NCBI GenBank assembly: GCA_963662665.2
Contig: CAXXJS010000021.1
Location: 32,001 to 96,000 of the forward strand
Direction: 5' to 3'
Source: Candidatus Latescibacterota bacterium
GTDB lineage: Bacteria; Latescibacterota; UBA2968; GCA-2709665
Length of the DNA stretch: 64,000 nt
A program made the position numbers and the translations under genes. This document shows positions 21,089-31,038 of the stretch, in pieces; the first letter of the stretch is position 1, and each line of letters starts with the position of its first letter. Below the pieces are notes generated by a model. That model was not told the DNA's origin. It did not search any database and saw nothing but the letters and a program-made list of their open reading frames with translations.

Positions 21089-21425
21089 GATTGTCATCAA
21101 GGGGGACATTCCGGACAGGCTGATGACCGTACTGAATGAGGAATACGGCGAACAGGTTCAGTTGTCCGAAGACAACAGCGACGATCTCGTCGACGTATTT
21201 GAGACAGACTGGTACCGAAGCATCAAATCCGGAATGGCGCCCGGAGACAATCTGAGGACCTACCGGGAGAATCACGGGTTGACGCAGGCGAGGCTGGGTG
21301 AGTTACTCGGCGGTGTTCCTCGCCAGCATGTCTCGAATATGGAAAGGGAAGTCCGTTCAATCAGCCTGAATACCGCGCGAAAGCTGGCGGATATTTTTCA
21401 AGTGTCACTCGAGAAATTCGTTTGA
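21069..21425 (+). CDS. XRE/HigA-like HTH antitoxin
   Basis: PGDNLRTYRENHGLTQARLGELLG...VSNMER..ISLNTARKLA; start uncertain (GTG at 21069). Confidence 0.8.
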   Translation: MKTPCIEIVIKGDIPDRLMTVLNEEYGEQVQLSEDNSDDLVDVFETDWYRSIKSGMAPGDNLRTYRENHGLTQARLGELLGGVPRQHVSNMEREVRSISLNTARKLADIFQVSLEKFV

Positions 21426-21589
21426 AGGCGTGAAATGGCGGACAGAAGGCGGAAGGCACCAAGGTGTTGGTTTTCGCGTCCCGGAATTCTCCAGACATGT
21501 TTGGCATTGAGTCCGTACCCAACGCCACAGCAGATACTTGAAGCCCTTGATTCATCATTAGTTTTTTTCGATTGCAGAAGGGTAGAAAA

Positions 21590-21733
21590 GTGACACAGGT
21601 CACCGGCACTCTCATCGACCTGATGGTACGAGCTGTCGTCGCTGAAATCGATCCGGAGCAGGTGATCCTCTTCGGCTCCCGCGGACGGGGCGACGAGCAC
21701 CAGGATTCGGACGTGGATCTGCTGGCGGGATGA
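21590..21733 (+). pseudogene. Truncated minimal nucleotidyltransferase (MNT)
   Basis: Hand translation ...DPEQVILFGSRGRGDEHQDSDVDLLAG*; GS...DxD motif, stop after 47 codons. Confidence 0.75.
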
Positions 21734-21812
21734 CTTCAGACGAAGGAAAGAGGACGTCCTGCGAAGTCTCGGGAGTGAGACGTTCTGAATTGAAGGAGAC
21801 AGCAGTCGCGCG

Positions 21813-22028
21813 ATGCGGCTGATGCTGCCCGCCCGGGCCCTGGACGATGCCCTGCATATTGCCGTATCCGCGGTACACGGCATCGATTATCTTCTGACCT
21901 GGAACTGTCGGCATCTAGATAATGCCGAAACCAAACCCATCGTGCGCAGCATATGCAGCATACACGAGCATTCCAGTCCCGAAATTTGTACCCCTCAGGA
22001 ACTTATGGGAGTAGCTGAAGATGTCTGA
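21813..22028 (+). pseudogene. C-terminal fragment of a PIN-domain (VapC-like) protein
   Basis: DALHIAVSAVHGIDYLLTWNCRHL...ICTPQEL; N-terminal half missing. Confidence 0.78.
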
Positions 22029-22218
22029 CCAAATCATCGAGGAACTCTGGCAGCTCAAAGACAGCATCGCCCGGGAACACGACTATGATATCGAGTCCCT
22101 TGTTGCACATCTCCAAACCAGACAGCAGGCGGCGGGTCGGCAAGTTGTGGATCTTAGCGCCCTGAGGCGGACCGCCGACGAGGGTGCTCCACGAGCAGCG
22201 GACAAGCCGCGCCAATGA
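22021..22218 (+). CDS. Small protein of the type found downstream of this PIN family (putative antitoxin)
   Basis: MSDQIIEELWQLKDSIAREHDYD; overlaps the PIN stop. Confidence 0.6.
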   Translation: MSDQIIEELWQLKDSIAREHDYDIESLVAHLQTRQQAAGRQVVDLSALRRTADEGAPRAADKPRQ

Positions 22219-22235
22219 GATAGACCGCCTGTTTT

Positions 22236-22584
22236 CGCGGTCCTACACGCCTGCAATCCCATGCCTAAACCCCGGTTCTGCATTGCCATTAAAGAAGGCG
22301 AAGCCTGGCTTCCAGGCGATATTGCTGCGATCAGGGCAGTATATCCAAAACTCAACGACCGCGTGTTAAGTGGTTACCAAAACGATTCGATTTGCGGCAC
22401 CTGGGAGGTTCTGGCCGACGCCGTATACGCCGGCGGTGCACACTCGCTGAAAAACCGTGGCTGGCGGGCAGTGGGGAGGGAAAAATACATATGGGCCGAA
22501 AGAATCGCGCCGTTGATGGACGTGGACAACAACGCGTCGCCCAGCTTCTGCTACTTCCGAGACAAGCTTCGTGAACTTACCTGA
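22236..22584 (+). pseudogene. Second, 5'-truncated copy of the DUF4276 gene (diverged direct repeat of 919-1265)
   Basis: Clear nucleotide similarity; shared peptides DSICGTWE and ER.APLMDVDNNASPSFCYFRDKLRELT. Confidence 0.88.
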
Positions 22585-22663
22585 GTATGTACCGCGAGAA
22601 CCCACCCTGGCGATGGATTATTTTTCGTGCAAAAAAACTCCGATTAGGTCAGATATATAAAAC

Positions 22664-23938
22664 ATGACTCGTCTTCGCTTTGTACATGCCGCTGATTTGC
22701 ATCTCGATAGCCCATTTGTCGGCATAAAGGCCGTCGCTCCCGACAATGTGTCTGGCGCGTTGCGCGATGCGACGTTCAGCGCCTACGAGAACATCGTCAA
22801 CCTGTGCATCGAAGAACGTGTAGACGCGTTGCTGGTCGCTGGGGACGTTTACGACGCTGCCGACCGGAGCCTGCGCGCGCAGCTCAAGTTCGTCGATGGC
22901 CTGAAACGGCTGGACGAGGCCGGCATACGGTCTTTCGTGTGCCACGGCAACCACGATCCGCTCAACGGATGGGAAGCTCAGCTGGAATACCCCAAAGGAT
23001 GTACGCGCTTCGGCGAGGAGGCGCAGGCCGTACCGGTTCTTGAAGACGATCCCGAACGCGCGGTCGTTCACGGAATCAGCTATCCGAAACAGAAGGTCAA
23101 CGAGAACCTCGCACTTCGTCTCGGCGCGGCAGATTCCAGCATGTTCTCGATTGGTCTGGTGCATGCCAATGTAGACAGCGACACGAAACACGTGAACTAC
23201 GCGCCCTGCTCGCTCGACGATCTTGAACGGTCTGGTATAGACTACTGGGCGCTCGGACACGTGCATACCAGGCAGGTACTCAGAGAACGGACCCCTACCG
23301 TCGTCTATCCGGGCAACCCGCAGGGCAGGCATCCGAATGAACCGGGCGCGCGCGGCGTGTATCTCGTCGAGGTGGATGAGGGTAACGACGTCCACCTAAA
23401 CTTCAGGACCGTGGATACGGTACGGTGGGCACAGGCCGACCTGGATGTCTCCCGAACAGACTCGGTACCGGAGTTGATTGAAGGACTCCACCAGCGCATC
23501 CAGGATTCTCTGGCCGAATCGGACGGCCGATCGGTCGTGCTGAGGATCAGTCTGTCAGGGCGGGGCGGTGTACACCGTTCGCTGCAGCAGCCGACGTTCA
23601 TTGAGGAGTTGATGGGCGAGTTAAATCGGGAATGGGCGGAGCGTTCACCGTTCGCGTGGTGTGAGCGCATCGTGGACGAGACGGCTGCGCCGTTCAACCG
23701 CGAGGATCGCATTGCAGGATCGGACTTCCTTGCCGAGGTACTTAAGACCGTGGATCTTGCGAAGGACGAAGGCGAGTTGCAAAACCGTCTTCGCAAAGGG
23801 CTTGCCGACCTTTATGAGCACCGCCGCTATCGCAGTCACCTGTTGGACCACGCTCCCGGTGATGACGACCTTGTCCTGCTGATCGACGAGGCTGAGACAA
23901 TTGTCGTAGACCTGCTTTCAGGGGATGAGGACGCATGA
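22664..23938 (+). CDS. yhaO: Mre11/SbcD-like metallophosphoesterase (YhaO family)
   Basis: ADLHLDSPF, AGDVYD, HGNHD, YWALGHVH, YPGNPQGR. Confidence 0.88.
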   Translation: MTRLRFVHAADLHLDSPFVGIKAVAPDNVSGALRDATFSAYENIVNLCIEERVDALLVAGDVYDAADRSLRAQLKFVDGLKRLDEAGIRSFVCHGNHDPLNGWEAQLEYPKGCTRFGEEAQAVPVLEDDPERAVVHGISYPKQKVNENLALRLGAADSSMFSIGLVHANVDSDTKHVNYAPCSLDDLERSGIDYWALGHVHTRQVLRERTPTVVYPGNPQGRHPNEPGARGVYLVEVDEGNDVHLNFRTVDTVRWAQADLDVSRTDSVPELIEGLHQRIQDSLAESDGRSVVLRISLSGRGGVHRSLQQPTFIEELMGELNREWAERSPFAWCERIVDETAAPFNREDRIAGSDFLAEVLKTVDLAKDEGELQNRLRKGLADLYEHRRYRSHLLDHAPGDDDLVLLIDEAETIVVDLLSGDEDA

Positions 23939-26900
23939 AGATCCGGGACATTCGCATCGACGGGTTCGGCCGGTTTTCGGACGCCCAATTCGGGCCGCTG
24001 GAGCGATCCTTAACCGTTTTCGTCGGCCCGAACGAGGCGGGCAAGAGTACCCTGCTGGAATTCGTCCGCAGGATACTTTTCGGATTTCCCCGCAAGAGCG
24101 GACGGGTAAACCCCTACCCGGCGTTGGGCGGGGGGCGGTACGGAGGTCGCGTTGCTATCGAGGGTTCTGACGGTCGAATGTGCGACTTACACAGAACGAC
24201 GGGGGGAAGTTTCAGGGGTGACGTGGTCCTGACTTCTGCATCCGGACAGCCCCTCCCGGAAAACGAACTTACGGCACTTCTGGGGAATCACTCGAGGGAC
24301 GTCTTCGAACAGGTGTTCGCATTCACGCTCGAAGACCTCTACAGCGACGAACTGTTAAACGACGAAAATGTCAATAGCCAGATATACAGTGCGGGCATGG
24401 GTGTGACCTTGCTCCCTGGCGCCGTCAGGTCGATCGAGTCAGGCCGCACAGACATCTTTCTGAAGGGAGGTAGCAGCCAGAAGGTCTATGAAGTCCGCGG
24501 TAGAATCGAGGAATTGGACGAAACGCTGCGAAGCGTCCGGGACAACGCGGCGAGATATGGGGAACTGACCGACCGCCGCCGGCAGATCGAGGATGAGCTT
24601 AGAAACCTCGCGGTGCGGCGACAAGAGATTCAGTCTCGGTATAACCATCAGGTCATGCTTCAGAATGCCTGGGGGAGCTGGATCGACCTGAATTCCGCCG
24701 AGGAAGATTTGGCTGAACTACCGGCCATTGACGATTTTCCTGCGGATGGATTGAATCGCCTGGAAGCATTACAAGAGCGCTTGAGCGCCGCTCGGAGGGA
24801 GTACGAGTCCGACGAACATCGGGTGTCGAAGGCCGAACGAGCAGCGGACGTCAGGATAGAGCATGAGGCTATTCTGACAAATTCGGCCGAAGTCCGTCGT
24901 CTGCAAAACGGCCGTACCGCGTTCGACGGGTCTGTAAGAGACCTTCCGGAACGCGAGACCGAGCTTGAAGGCCACACAAGAACGCTCGCCGACACCCTGA
25001 AAAACCTGGGGCCGGACTGGGACGAATGCCGGTTGGAAGGGTTCGATTTCTCTATAGCAGTCCGCCAGCAGATCTCTGAACACGGCGACCGATTGCGCAG
25101 CGCATCCGCCGGACTCACGGATGTCAAATCGGCGTTGGGCCAGGATACAGCGGCGTTAGAGGAAGCCAAGGACGCGGAGAGCAACGCCGGACGAAGACTC
25201 GAGGCCGCAGATAAACCACGCCTCAATCCAGACCGGATACGACAACACCGCCACCTTGTTCGGGCAACCAGGTCGCAGCTTGATGAAATCAGCCGACAGC
25301 GACAAAACGTGCTGAATCTCAAGAATCAGCTCAAGGGCGTGGAGGGCGCGGCGCAAGCGGAGGGCGCACGTGCCGGCAGCAGAACCGTCGCAGCCATCAG
25401 CTTCGTTATTGGACTCGCGCTTCTTATCGCAGGTGCGGCTCTGGGAGGCATGGCTTCCATCATCGGCGCGGCGGCCGGAATTGCGTTGGCAGGCTTAGGC
25501 ATTTACCTGTTCATGTCCGAAAATTTCCGACCGGTACTCGCAGGGAAATCCCCTCTTGCCCAACCGATTCGCGAGTCCATTCGCGACGCCGAAAGGGACA
25601 TAGATGATCGCCGGTCAAAGATGAAGCAGGATGCAGCCCCCCTTAACCTTAATGTGATCGATGAATCGTCACTCCTTTCAGCCGAACAGACGATCGACGA
25701 AGAGGAGGAATTGCTGAACGAGCGAACGCGCCTCACCGAAACGCTCGAGGACGCTAAGGAACTTGCAAAGCAGCGACAGATCCGCACTGACAGAACTGCC
25801 ATTGCCGTCACGGAAGCAAAGGGTCGACTCAACGCAGCACGGCTCGAATGGCGGAAGTGGGCAATGTCTCGCGGCCTGTCTGATACCTTTACGCCTGAGA
25901 CGGCCGACGTGCTGCAAGGGCAGGTCGAACTCGGTCGGAGCCGGCTCGAAGACGTGAGGAGTTGGCAGCAGCGCATCGAGGCCATCCAGAAAGACATCGA
26001 CGAATACATCGACGCTGTTGAGCCGCTTGCGGCCGCGTTCGACGTCCCGTTTGATCGAAACGACTCACGCGTCGTAGCTGCTGCCGCCGACAGGCTGGTG
26101 GAGTTATTGGAAGAGGTACAGGAAGACGTCCGGAAGCGGACCGACACGGAGGCTGAACTGGAAGACGCCAGGCGACAATTGAAAGACCGTAAGGGCGATC
26201 TACGAAAGGCAGAGGAGGAGCTTGAACAATTGCTCCATTCGGGCGGCGCCGAGGACGTGGAAACGTTCCGCGTGCGGGCAGATCTTTTCGACCGGCGGGC
26301 GAGACTGGATGACAATGCCCGCGCCGCGCACGACAGGCTTCGCCGCCTCAGCGGGACCGGCGAACTACTGGAATCGTTGAAATCGGACCTTCAAGAGACG
26401 AATCCTGAGTCCATCGCAGACGAGTTAGCCACACTCGAGCATGAGCGGGATTCTACCGACGCTCAACGTGAAATGCGTTCGGCCGAACAGGGCGAAATCC
26501 GTAAGGGGCTGGATGGGCTCGTCGGTGAAGAAGAGTCATCGCGGCTGCGGATGGAACGGAACGTGCTCCTGGAGCAACTCAGGGGCCACGCACGTGATTG
26601 GACCCGGCTTACGATCGCCCGGAACCTGCTCGCCGAAGCGCGCCGAAGGTTTGAGCGCGAGCGGCAGCCCGGCGTTATCCGTCACGCTGAGCGCTTCTTC
26701 GCTGCGATCACCGATGGACGGTACCGGCAGGTTTATGCTCCCCTTGGTGAACAGACGATTACGGTGACGGACGCCGACGGGCAGACGAAGCAGCCGTCGG
26801 AACTGAGCCGGGGTACGCGGGAGCAACTGTTCTTGTCGCTCCGTTTCGGGCTGATCCGCGAACTGGGGGAGCGGACGGAGCCGCTCCCCGTCGTCGTGGA

Positions 26901-27075
26901 CGAAATCCTGGTCAACTTCGATCCCGATCGCGCCCTTCGAGCCGCCGTTGCCTTCACGGAGTTGTCCAAAACCAACCAGGTCCTGGTCTTTACCTGCCAT
27001 CCGACGGTCGTCGAACTGTTCCGGAATGCGGCATCCGAGGCGGACGTCAATGAACCGCAGGTCATTGAAATATAG
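23935..27075 (+). CDS. yhaN: Rad50/SMC-like ATPase with internal transmembrane hairpin (YhaN family)
   Basis: GPNEAGKST, coiled coils, two hydrophobic helices, LSRGTREQL, VVVDEILVNFD, FTCH; ATGA overlap with yhaO. Confidence 0.88.
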   Translation: MKIRDIRIDGFGRFSDAQFGPLERSLTVFVGPNEAGKSTLLEFVRRILFGFPRKSGRVNPYPALGGGRYGGRVAIEGSDGRMCDLHRTTGGSFRGDVVLTSASGQPLPENELTALLGNHSRDVFEQVFAFTLEDLYSDELLNDENVNSQIYSAGMGVTLLPGAVRSIESGRTDIFLKGGSSQKVYEVRGRIEELDETLRSVRDNAARYGELTDRRRQIEDELRNLAVRRQEIQSRYNHQVMLQNAWGSWIDLNSAEEDLAELPAIDDFPADGLNRLEALQERLSAARREYESDEHRVSKAERAADVRIEHEAILTNSAEVRRLQNGRTAFDGSVRDLPERETELEGHTRTLADTLKNLGPDWDECRLEGFDFSIAVRQQISEHGDRLRSASAGLTDVKSALGQDTAALEEAKDAESNAGRRLEAADKPRLNPDRIRQHRHLVRATRSQLDEISRQRQNVLNLKNQLKGVEGAAQAEGARAGSRTVAAISFVIGLALLIAGAALGGMASIIGAAAGIALAGLGIYLFMSENFRPVLAGKSPLAQPIRESIRDAERDIDDRRSKMKQDAAPLNLNVIDESSLLSAEQTIDEEEELLNERTRLTETLEDAKELAKQRQIRTDRTAIAVTEAKGRLNAARLEWRKWAMSRGLSDTFTPETADVLQGQVELGRSRLEDVRSWQQRIEAIQKDIDEYIDAVEPLAAAFDVPFDRNDSRVVAAAADRLVELLEEVQEDVRKRTDTEAELEDARRQLKDRKGDLRKAEEELEQLLHSGGAEDVETFRVRADLFDRRARLDDNARAAHDRLRRLSGTGELLESLKSDLQETNPESIADELATLEHERDSTDAQREMRSAEQGEIRKGLDGLVGEEESSRLRMERNVLLEQLRGHARDWTRLTIARNLLAEARRRFERERQPGVIRHAERFFAAITDGRYRQVYAPLGEQTITVTDADGQTKQPSELSRGTREQLFLSLRFGLIRELGERTEPLPVVVDEILVNFDPDRALRAAVAFTELSKTNQVLVFTCHPTVVELFRNAASEADVNEPQVIEI

Positions 27076-27096
27076 TAGGATACCGGGTTTTGGATT

Positions 27097-28932
27097 CTAC
27101 CGTTCATACCATCCCGCCTGTAGTGCCCACATCCGGGCGTACTCTCCTTTTTGGTCGACCAGTTCATCGTGGGTACCTGTTTCAACCAGCCGCCCTTCTT
27201 TCAGGACGAGGATCCGGTCGCACATCCGCGCCGAGCCCAGCCGATGGGATACCATGATCGTGGTGCGTCCGCCGGCCATGGCGAGAAAGCGGCGGAATAC
27301 GTCTGCCTCTGCCATCGGATCCAGGGAGGCGGTCGGCTCGTCCAGGACGACGAGGTCGGCGTCGCGCATGAATCCCCTGGAGATCGCAACGCGCTGCCAC
27401 TCCCCGCCTGACAGCTCCGTGGCGCCTTCGAATTCCCTGCCAAGCAGGGTTTCATATCCCTCCGGGAGCCGGCCGGCAACGGCGTCGGCCCCGCCCCGTT
27501 GTGCTGCACGCTCGATTTCGCCCGGCTCTCGCATCCGCTTCCAGTGTCCGAAACCGATGTTCTCACCCAGGGTGAAGGCGAAGCGTGTGTAGTCCTGGAA
27601 CACCGCCGTGCAACGGTTCCACACTTCGTCCCGGTTGGTCAGGTTTCCCGGGAGGTTACCGTAATTCAGATCGCCGGCGGTTGGACGGAACAGCCCCAGC
27701 AGGACCTTGACGAGCGTCGTCTTGCCCGAGCCGTTCTCGCCGACAAGGGCGACCCGCTCGCCGGGTCGAATGGCCATGGTGACATCGTTGATCGCGTGAC
27801 GTTCTGTCTGTGGATACCTGAACGACAGGGCTTTGGTTGTGATCGCTTTGCCTTTGAGCGTGGCGATGTTGGCGCCGCCGGGCGGTTCTTCAGGGCCGAG
27901 GTCCAGGTAGATGAACAGGTCGGCGATGTTCAACAGCTGGATTGCAAGAAAGCTCATGCGGTTTACGAGGTGGTCAGCACCGGTTCGTACCTGACGCAGG
28001 GCGACCAGCATTGCGGCGAACTGACCGGCGGACAGCCCGCCCGCGAGGACGGCCCACGCCGACCAGCCCACGGCGCCGGCAAATGCCACAAGGCTGACGG
28101 CAGACAGGCAGCCACCGGTGGCGTGATGCCTGCGTCTCTGGCGGTAAAGGGAATCTGCGGCCTGCCAATAGAGGTGATCCCACCACGCGGCCAGGTTGGG
28201 CCCGAGCCGAAACACCCGCACTTCTTTAGCAGCGTCGCGTTCAGTCAGCGTACTCTCCAGATATCCCTGCAGCCTCTGGGCTTGTGTCGCTCTTCGAAAA
28301 GTGTAAAACCTGCCCCGGTCGTGAATCAGACTCATCAGGGGCGGCGGCAGCGAGACGAGCACGACGGCGAGGAGGAGTACCGGGTTCCAGAGCCCGACAA
28401 CGATGGCAACGGAGACCGCCGTTACCGTTCCGGCAAAGATAGATCGGATTTCGCCAAATAGGTTCAGGAAAAAGCCGGGGGTGGCGGCCTCCTGGGCGCG
28501 CCGCAGGAGGTCGTGGAAGTCGGCCCGTTCGAAGACCTCCAGGTGAAGCGAACGGGACTTGACCTGGAGTTGTTCGAGTAGCCGGTCCTCCAGTTCCTGC
28601 TTCACTCGCTCAAGCAGAATCACTCGGCTCCAGGCCATGATGCCGTTTTCCGCCACGCTGACGGCCGCCCAGAGCACCAGCCAGGGGAGCATGGAATTGA
28701 CCGGCAATTCGCCTTCGTACACGCCGACGCCACGGTCGACGAGTTCACGCACGACCCAGACCGTCGCGGCCGGCAGCACGCCTACGGTGAACTCCAGTGT
28801 AAGCGCGACGATAACCCGCTGCGGGTCGATGCGGATCATCCAGCCCAGGAAGCGGAAGAGGGTCCGGGGACCGCGCGGGCGCTTCAGAATGGGATCGGGT
28901 TCTACCGGTACCACGATGCCTGTTCCTCCCAC
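27097..28932 (-). CDS. ABC exporter, fused permease + ATPase
   Basis: TM N-terminal half; GENGSGKT, LSGGEWQ, LDEPT; start uncertain. Confidence 0.9.
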   Translation of the reverse strand: MGGTGIVVPVEPDPILKRPRGPRTLFRFLGWMIRIDPQRVIVALTLEFTVGVLPAATVWVVRELVDRGVGVYEGELPVNSMLPWLVLWAAVSVAENGIMAWSRVILLERVKQELEDRLLEQLQVKSRSLHLEVFERADFHDLLRRAQEAATPGFFLNLFGEIRSIFAGTVTAVSVAIVVGLWNPVLLLAVVLVSLPPPLMSLIHDRGRFYTFRRATQAQRLQGYLESTLTERDAAKEVRVFRLGPNLAAWWDHLYWQAADSLYRQRRRHHATGGCLSAVSLVAFAGAVGWSAWAVLAGGLSAGQFAAMLVALRQVRTGADHLVNRMSFLAIQLLNIADLFIYLDLGPEEPPGGANIATLKGKAITTKALSFRYPQTERHAINDVTMAIRPGERVALVGENGSGKTTLVKVLLGLFRPTAGDLNYGNLPGNLTNRDEVWNRCTAVFQDYTRFAFTLGENIGFGHWKRMREPGEIERAAQRGGADAVAGRLPEGYETLLGREFEGATELSGGEWQRVAISRGFMRDADLVVLDEPTASLDPMAEADVFRRFLAMAGGRTTIMVSHRLGSARMCDRILVLKEGRLVETGTHDELVDQKGEYARMWALQAGWYER

Positions 28933-30818
28933 ATGCCGGCGTAGACGCCCCCGCAGGCCAGGAGATCGTCGTGATGACCCTCCTCCACGATACGGCCCCG
29001 CTGGAGTACGAGGATGCGATCGGCCATGCGTGCTGAGCCGAGCCGATGGCTGATCAGCAGGGCAGTTCGCCCACGGAGGAGTTCGGCGAACTGCCGGTAT
29101 AGCGCCGCCTCCGCCACCGCATCGAGCGCCGCGGCCGGCTCGTCGAGGATGAGCAATTCCGGATCACGGGTGAAAGCCCGTGCGATGGCGATGCGCTGCC
29201 ATTCGCCGCCGGACAGCCCCTGCCCGCCGTCGAGGACGTGCCCGACAGGGGTGTCGTAGCCATTGGGAAGCCGTCCGGCGATCTCGTCGGCGCCGGCGCG
29301 CCGGGCAGCCTCCGCGGCCACCGACATGTGGGGCTGCATCCCCGCTGGCCACAGTTCGGTGGCTGGCCCGTCACCCGAAGTGCCCAGAGTGCCGATGCCG
29401 ATGGATTGCCCCAGGGTGAGTTCGAACCGGCAGTAGTCCTGGAACGCGGCGCTTACGGCGCCTCCCAGGCTGTCCGGGTCAATATCGGCATAGTCCAGTC
29501 CGTCGGCGGTCACGCGCCCCAAGGTGGGGGCGTAGAGACCAAGCAGGATCTTTGCCAGAGTGGACTTGCCGGCGCCGTTGTCACCGACGAGGGCGACGCG
29601 TTCGCCCCGCTGCACGTTGAAACTGACCCCATGCAGCACGGACGGTGTTTCCTCACCGGAACCGGATGCGGGGTAGGCGAAGTGTACGTCGTCCACGGAA
29701 AAGCCCTTTCGGACGGGGCGTGGAAAGGAAGCCCCACCCGAAGAACCGGCTGTCACGGCGGGCGCTTCCGTTTCAGCCAAATTGCTATCCCGTTGATCGA
29801 AGAACTCGCGTACGTAACCGACTAGCGAAGAGCGCTCCTGTAACTCGCGGGAGTTGTAGCCGAGACTGGCACCCGCGCCCAGCATATCGGCCACACCCTG
29901 GAACAGCGCCACGAATTGTCCAGGCGTGAGTACACGGTCTCCAAGGAGGTACGTGAGGACCACGGCCACGCCGACACCCACCGCAACCCGCAATCCGGTT
30001 GCGGGCAATTCCCTCGCGACCTGTCGTTGGCGCTGATCCAGCAGTCGTTTACGCAAGACCTGCCGCATCGTCCGCCAGCGCCCGGTTAACGGCGTGAAAA
30101 GGACGAAGAGACGCATTTCCTTCTGTTCCGACCGACCTGTCAGGATGCGGTTCACGTATCCGGCGCGGCGTTCCTCCGGCGTCTCCCCGTAGGTGAAGGA
30201 CATGAACATTCGGCTCTGCTGTATCGCCAGGAGGATCTGCGGGATCAGCACCGCCACCAGTGCCAGAGAGATCCACGGAGAAACCGTGAAGAACATGACG
30301 GCCACCGAAACGGCCTTGATTGCGGCCTGGAAAAAATGCAGGGCGGCGAAGAAAAGCCGATCGAGTTTGCGGCCCGGGTCCCGGGCGCGTTCTAGGCGGT
30401 CGTAGGTCCCGCTGACGTCAAAGAACAAAAGAGATAGCCGGGACGAACGTTCGAGTAGCCGTCTGCCCAGGATGTGTGCGAGGTTCTGTTCCATCCTGAG
30501 ATGAAGGATATCCCGCACGTTCCAGAGTACTTCTCTGGTGAGCAGTTGAATCAGGCCGAATGCAATCAGCCACGGCAGGATATCGTCAAAGCCGGACATG
30601 CCGCCGCCGGCCGCATCGACCACGGCGTCGACGAGGTGCCTGGTCACGTAAATGAGCAACGCCGGCTGGATTCCAAGCAGAACGTGAATGGCAATCAGGC
30701 AGAGCGCAGCCGGTCTGGCGTGAGCCCGAATGTGGCGCCACGTCCACCACAGGTTGGCGAAAATCGCGCCGGCGTTCTCGCGGCGGATCCAGTATTCGAG
30801 GTCGGATCGCGGCAGCAT
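28902..30818 (-). CDS. ABC exporter, fused permease + ATPase (probable heterodimer partner)
   Basis: GDNGAGKS, LSGGEWQ, LDEPA. Confidence 0.9.
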   Translation of the reverse strand: MLPRSDLEYWIRRENAGAIFANLWWTWRHIRAHARPAALCLIAIHVLLGIQPALLIYVTRHLVDAVVDAAGGGMSGFDDILPWLIAFGLIQLLTREVLWNVRDILHLRMEQNLAHILGRRLLERSSRLSLLFFDVSGTYDRLERARDPGRKLDRLFFAALHFFQAAIKAVSVAVMFFTVSPWISLALVAVLIPQILLAIQQSRMFMSFTYGETPEERRAGYVNRILTGRSEQKEMRLFVLFTPLTGRWRTMRQVLRKRLLDQRQRQVARELPATGLRVAVGVGVAVVLTYLLGDRVLTPGQFVALFQGVADMLGAGASLGYNSRELQERSSLVGYVREFFDQRDSNLAETEAPAVTAGSSGGASFPRPVRKGFSVDDVHFAYPASGSGEETPSVLHGVSFNVQRGERVALVGDNGAGKSTLAKILLGLYAPTLGRVTADGLDYADIDPDSLGGAVSAAFQDYCRFELTLGQSIGIGTLGTSGDGPATELWPAGMQPHMSVAAEAARRAGADEIAGRLPNGYDTPVGHVLDGGQGLSGGEWQRIAIARAFTRDPELLILDEPAAALDAVAEAALYRQFAELLRGRTALLISHRLGSARMADRILVLQRGRIVEEGHHDDLLACGGVYAGMWEEQASWYR

Positions 30819-30874
30819 CAGAGGTTCCCTTCAGGCGTTCGTCTATCGTACAATTGGTTCCGGCATGCAGGACA

Positions 30875-30903
30875 AAGATAAGACATCCATCCCACGCTAT
30901 CAA
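30875..30903 (-). promoter_or_regulatory. Sigma70-like promoter of the ABC exporter pair
   Basis: TTGATA-17 nt-TATCTT on the - strand, ~55 nt before the ATG. Confidence 0.5.
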
Positions 30904-30948
30904 TGGCAAAAATACACTTAAGTAGATGTTTATAAATATTTTATATAC

Positions 30949-30977
30949 TTGACTTTTGGGTCGATTTCTGTTATATT
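30949..30977 (+). promoter_or_regulatory. Strong sigma70-like promoter with extended -10
   Basis: TTGACT-17 nt-TATATT preceded by TGn; AT-rich upstream tract. Confidence 0.6.
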
Positions 30978-30993
30978 ATATACGTCGGAAATC

Positions 30994-31038
30994 AACGAGG
31001 GAGTTGAAGGCATTTGCCTTCAACTCCCTCGTTTTTTT
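30994..31038 (+). terminator. Intrinsic terminator-like hairpin
   Basis: Perfect 19-bp inverted repeat AACGAGGGAGTTGAAGGCA / TGCCTTCAACTCCCTCGTT running into a T7 tract. Confidence 0.8.
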
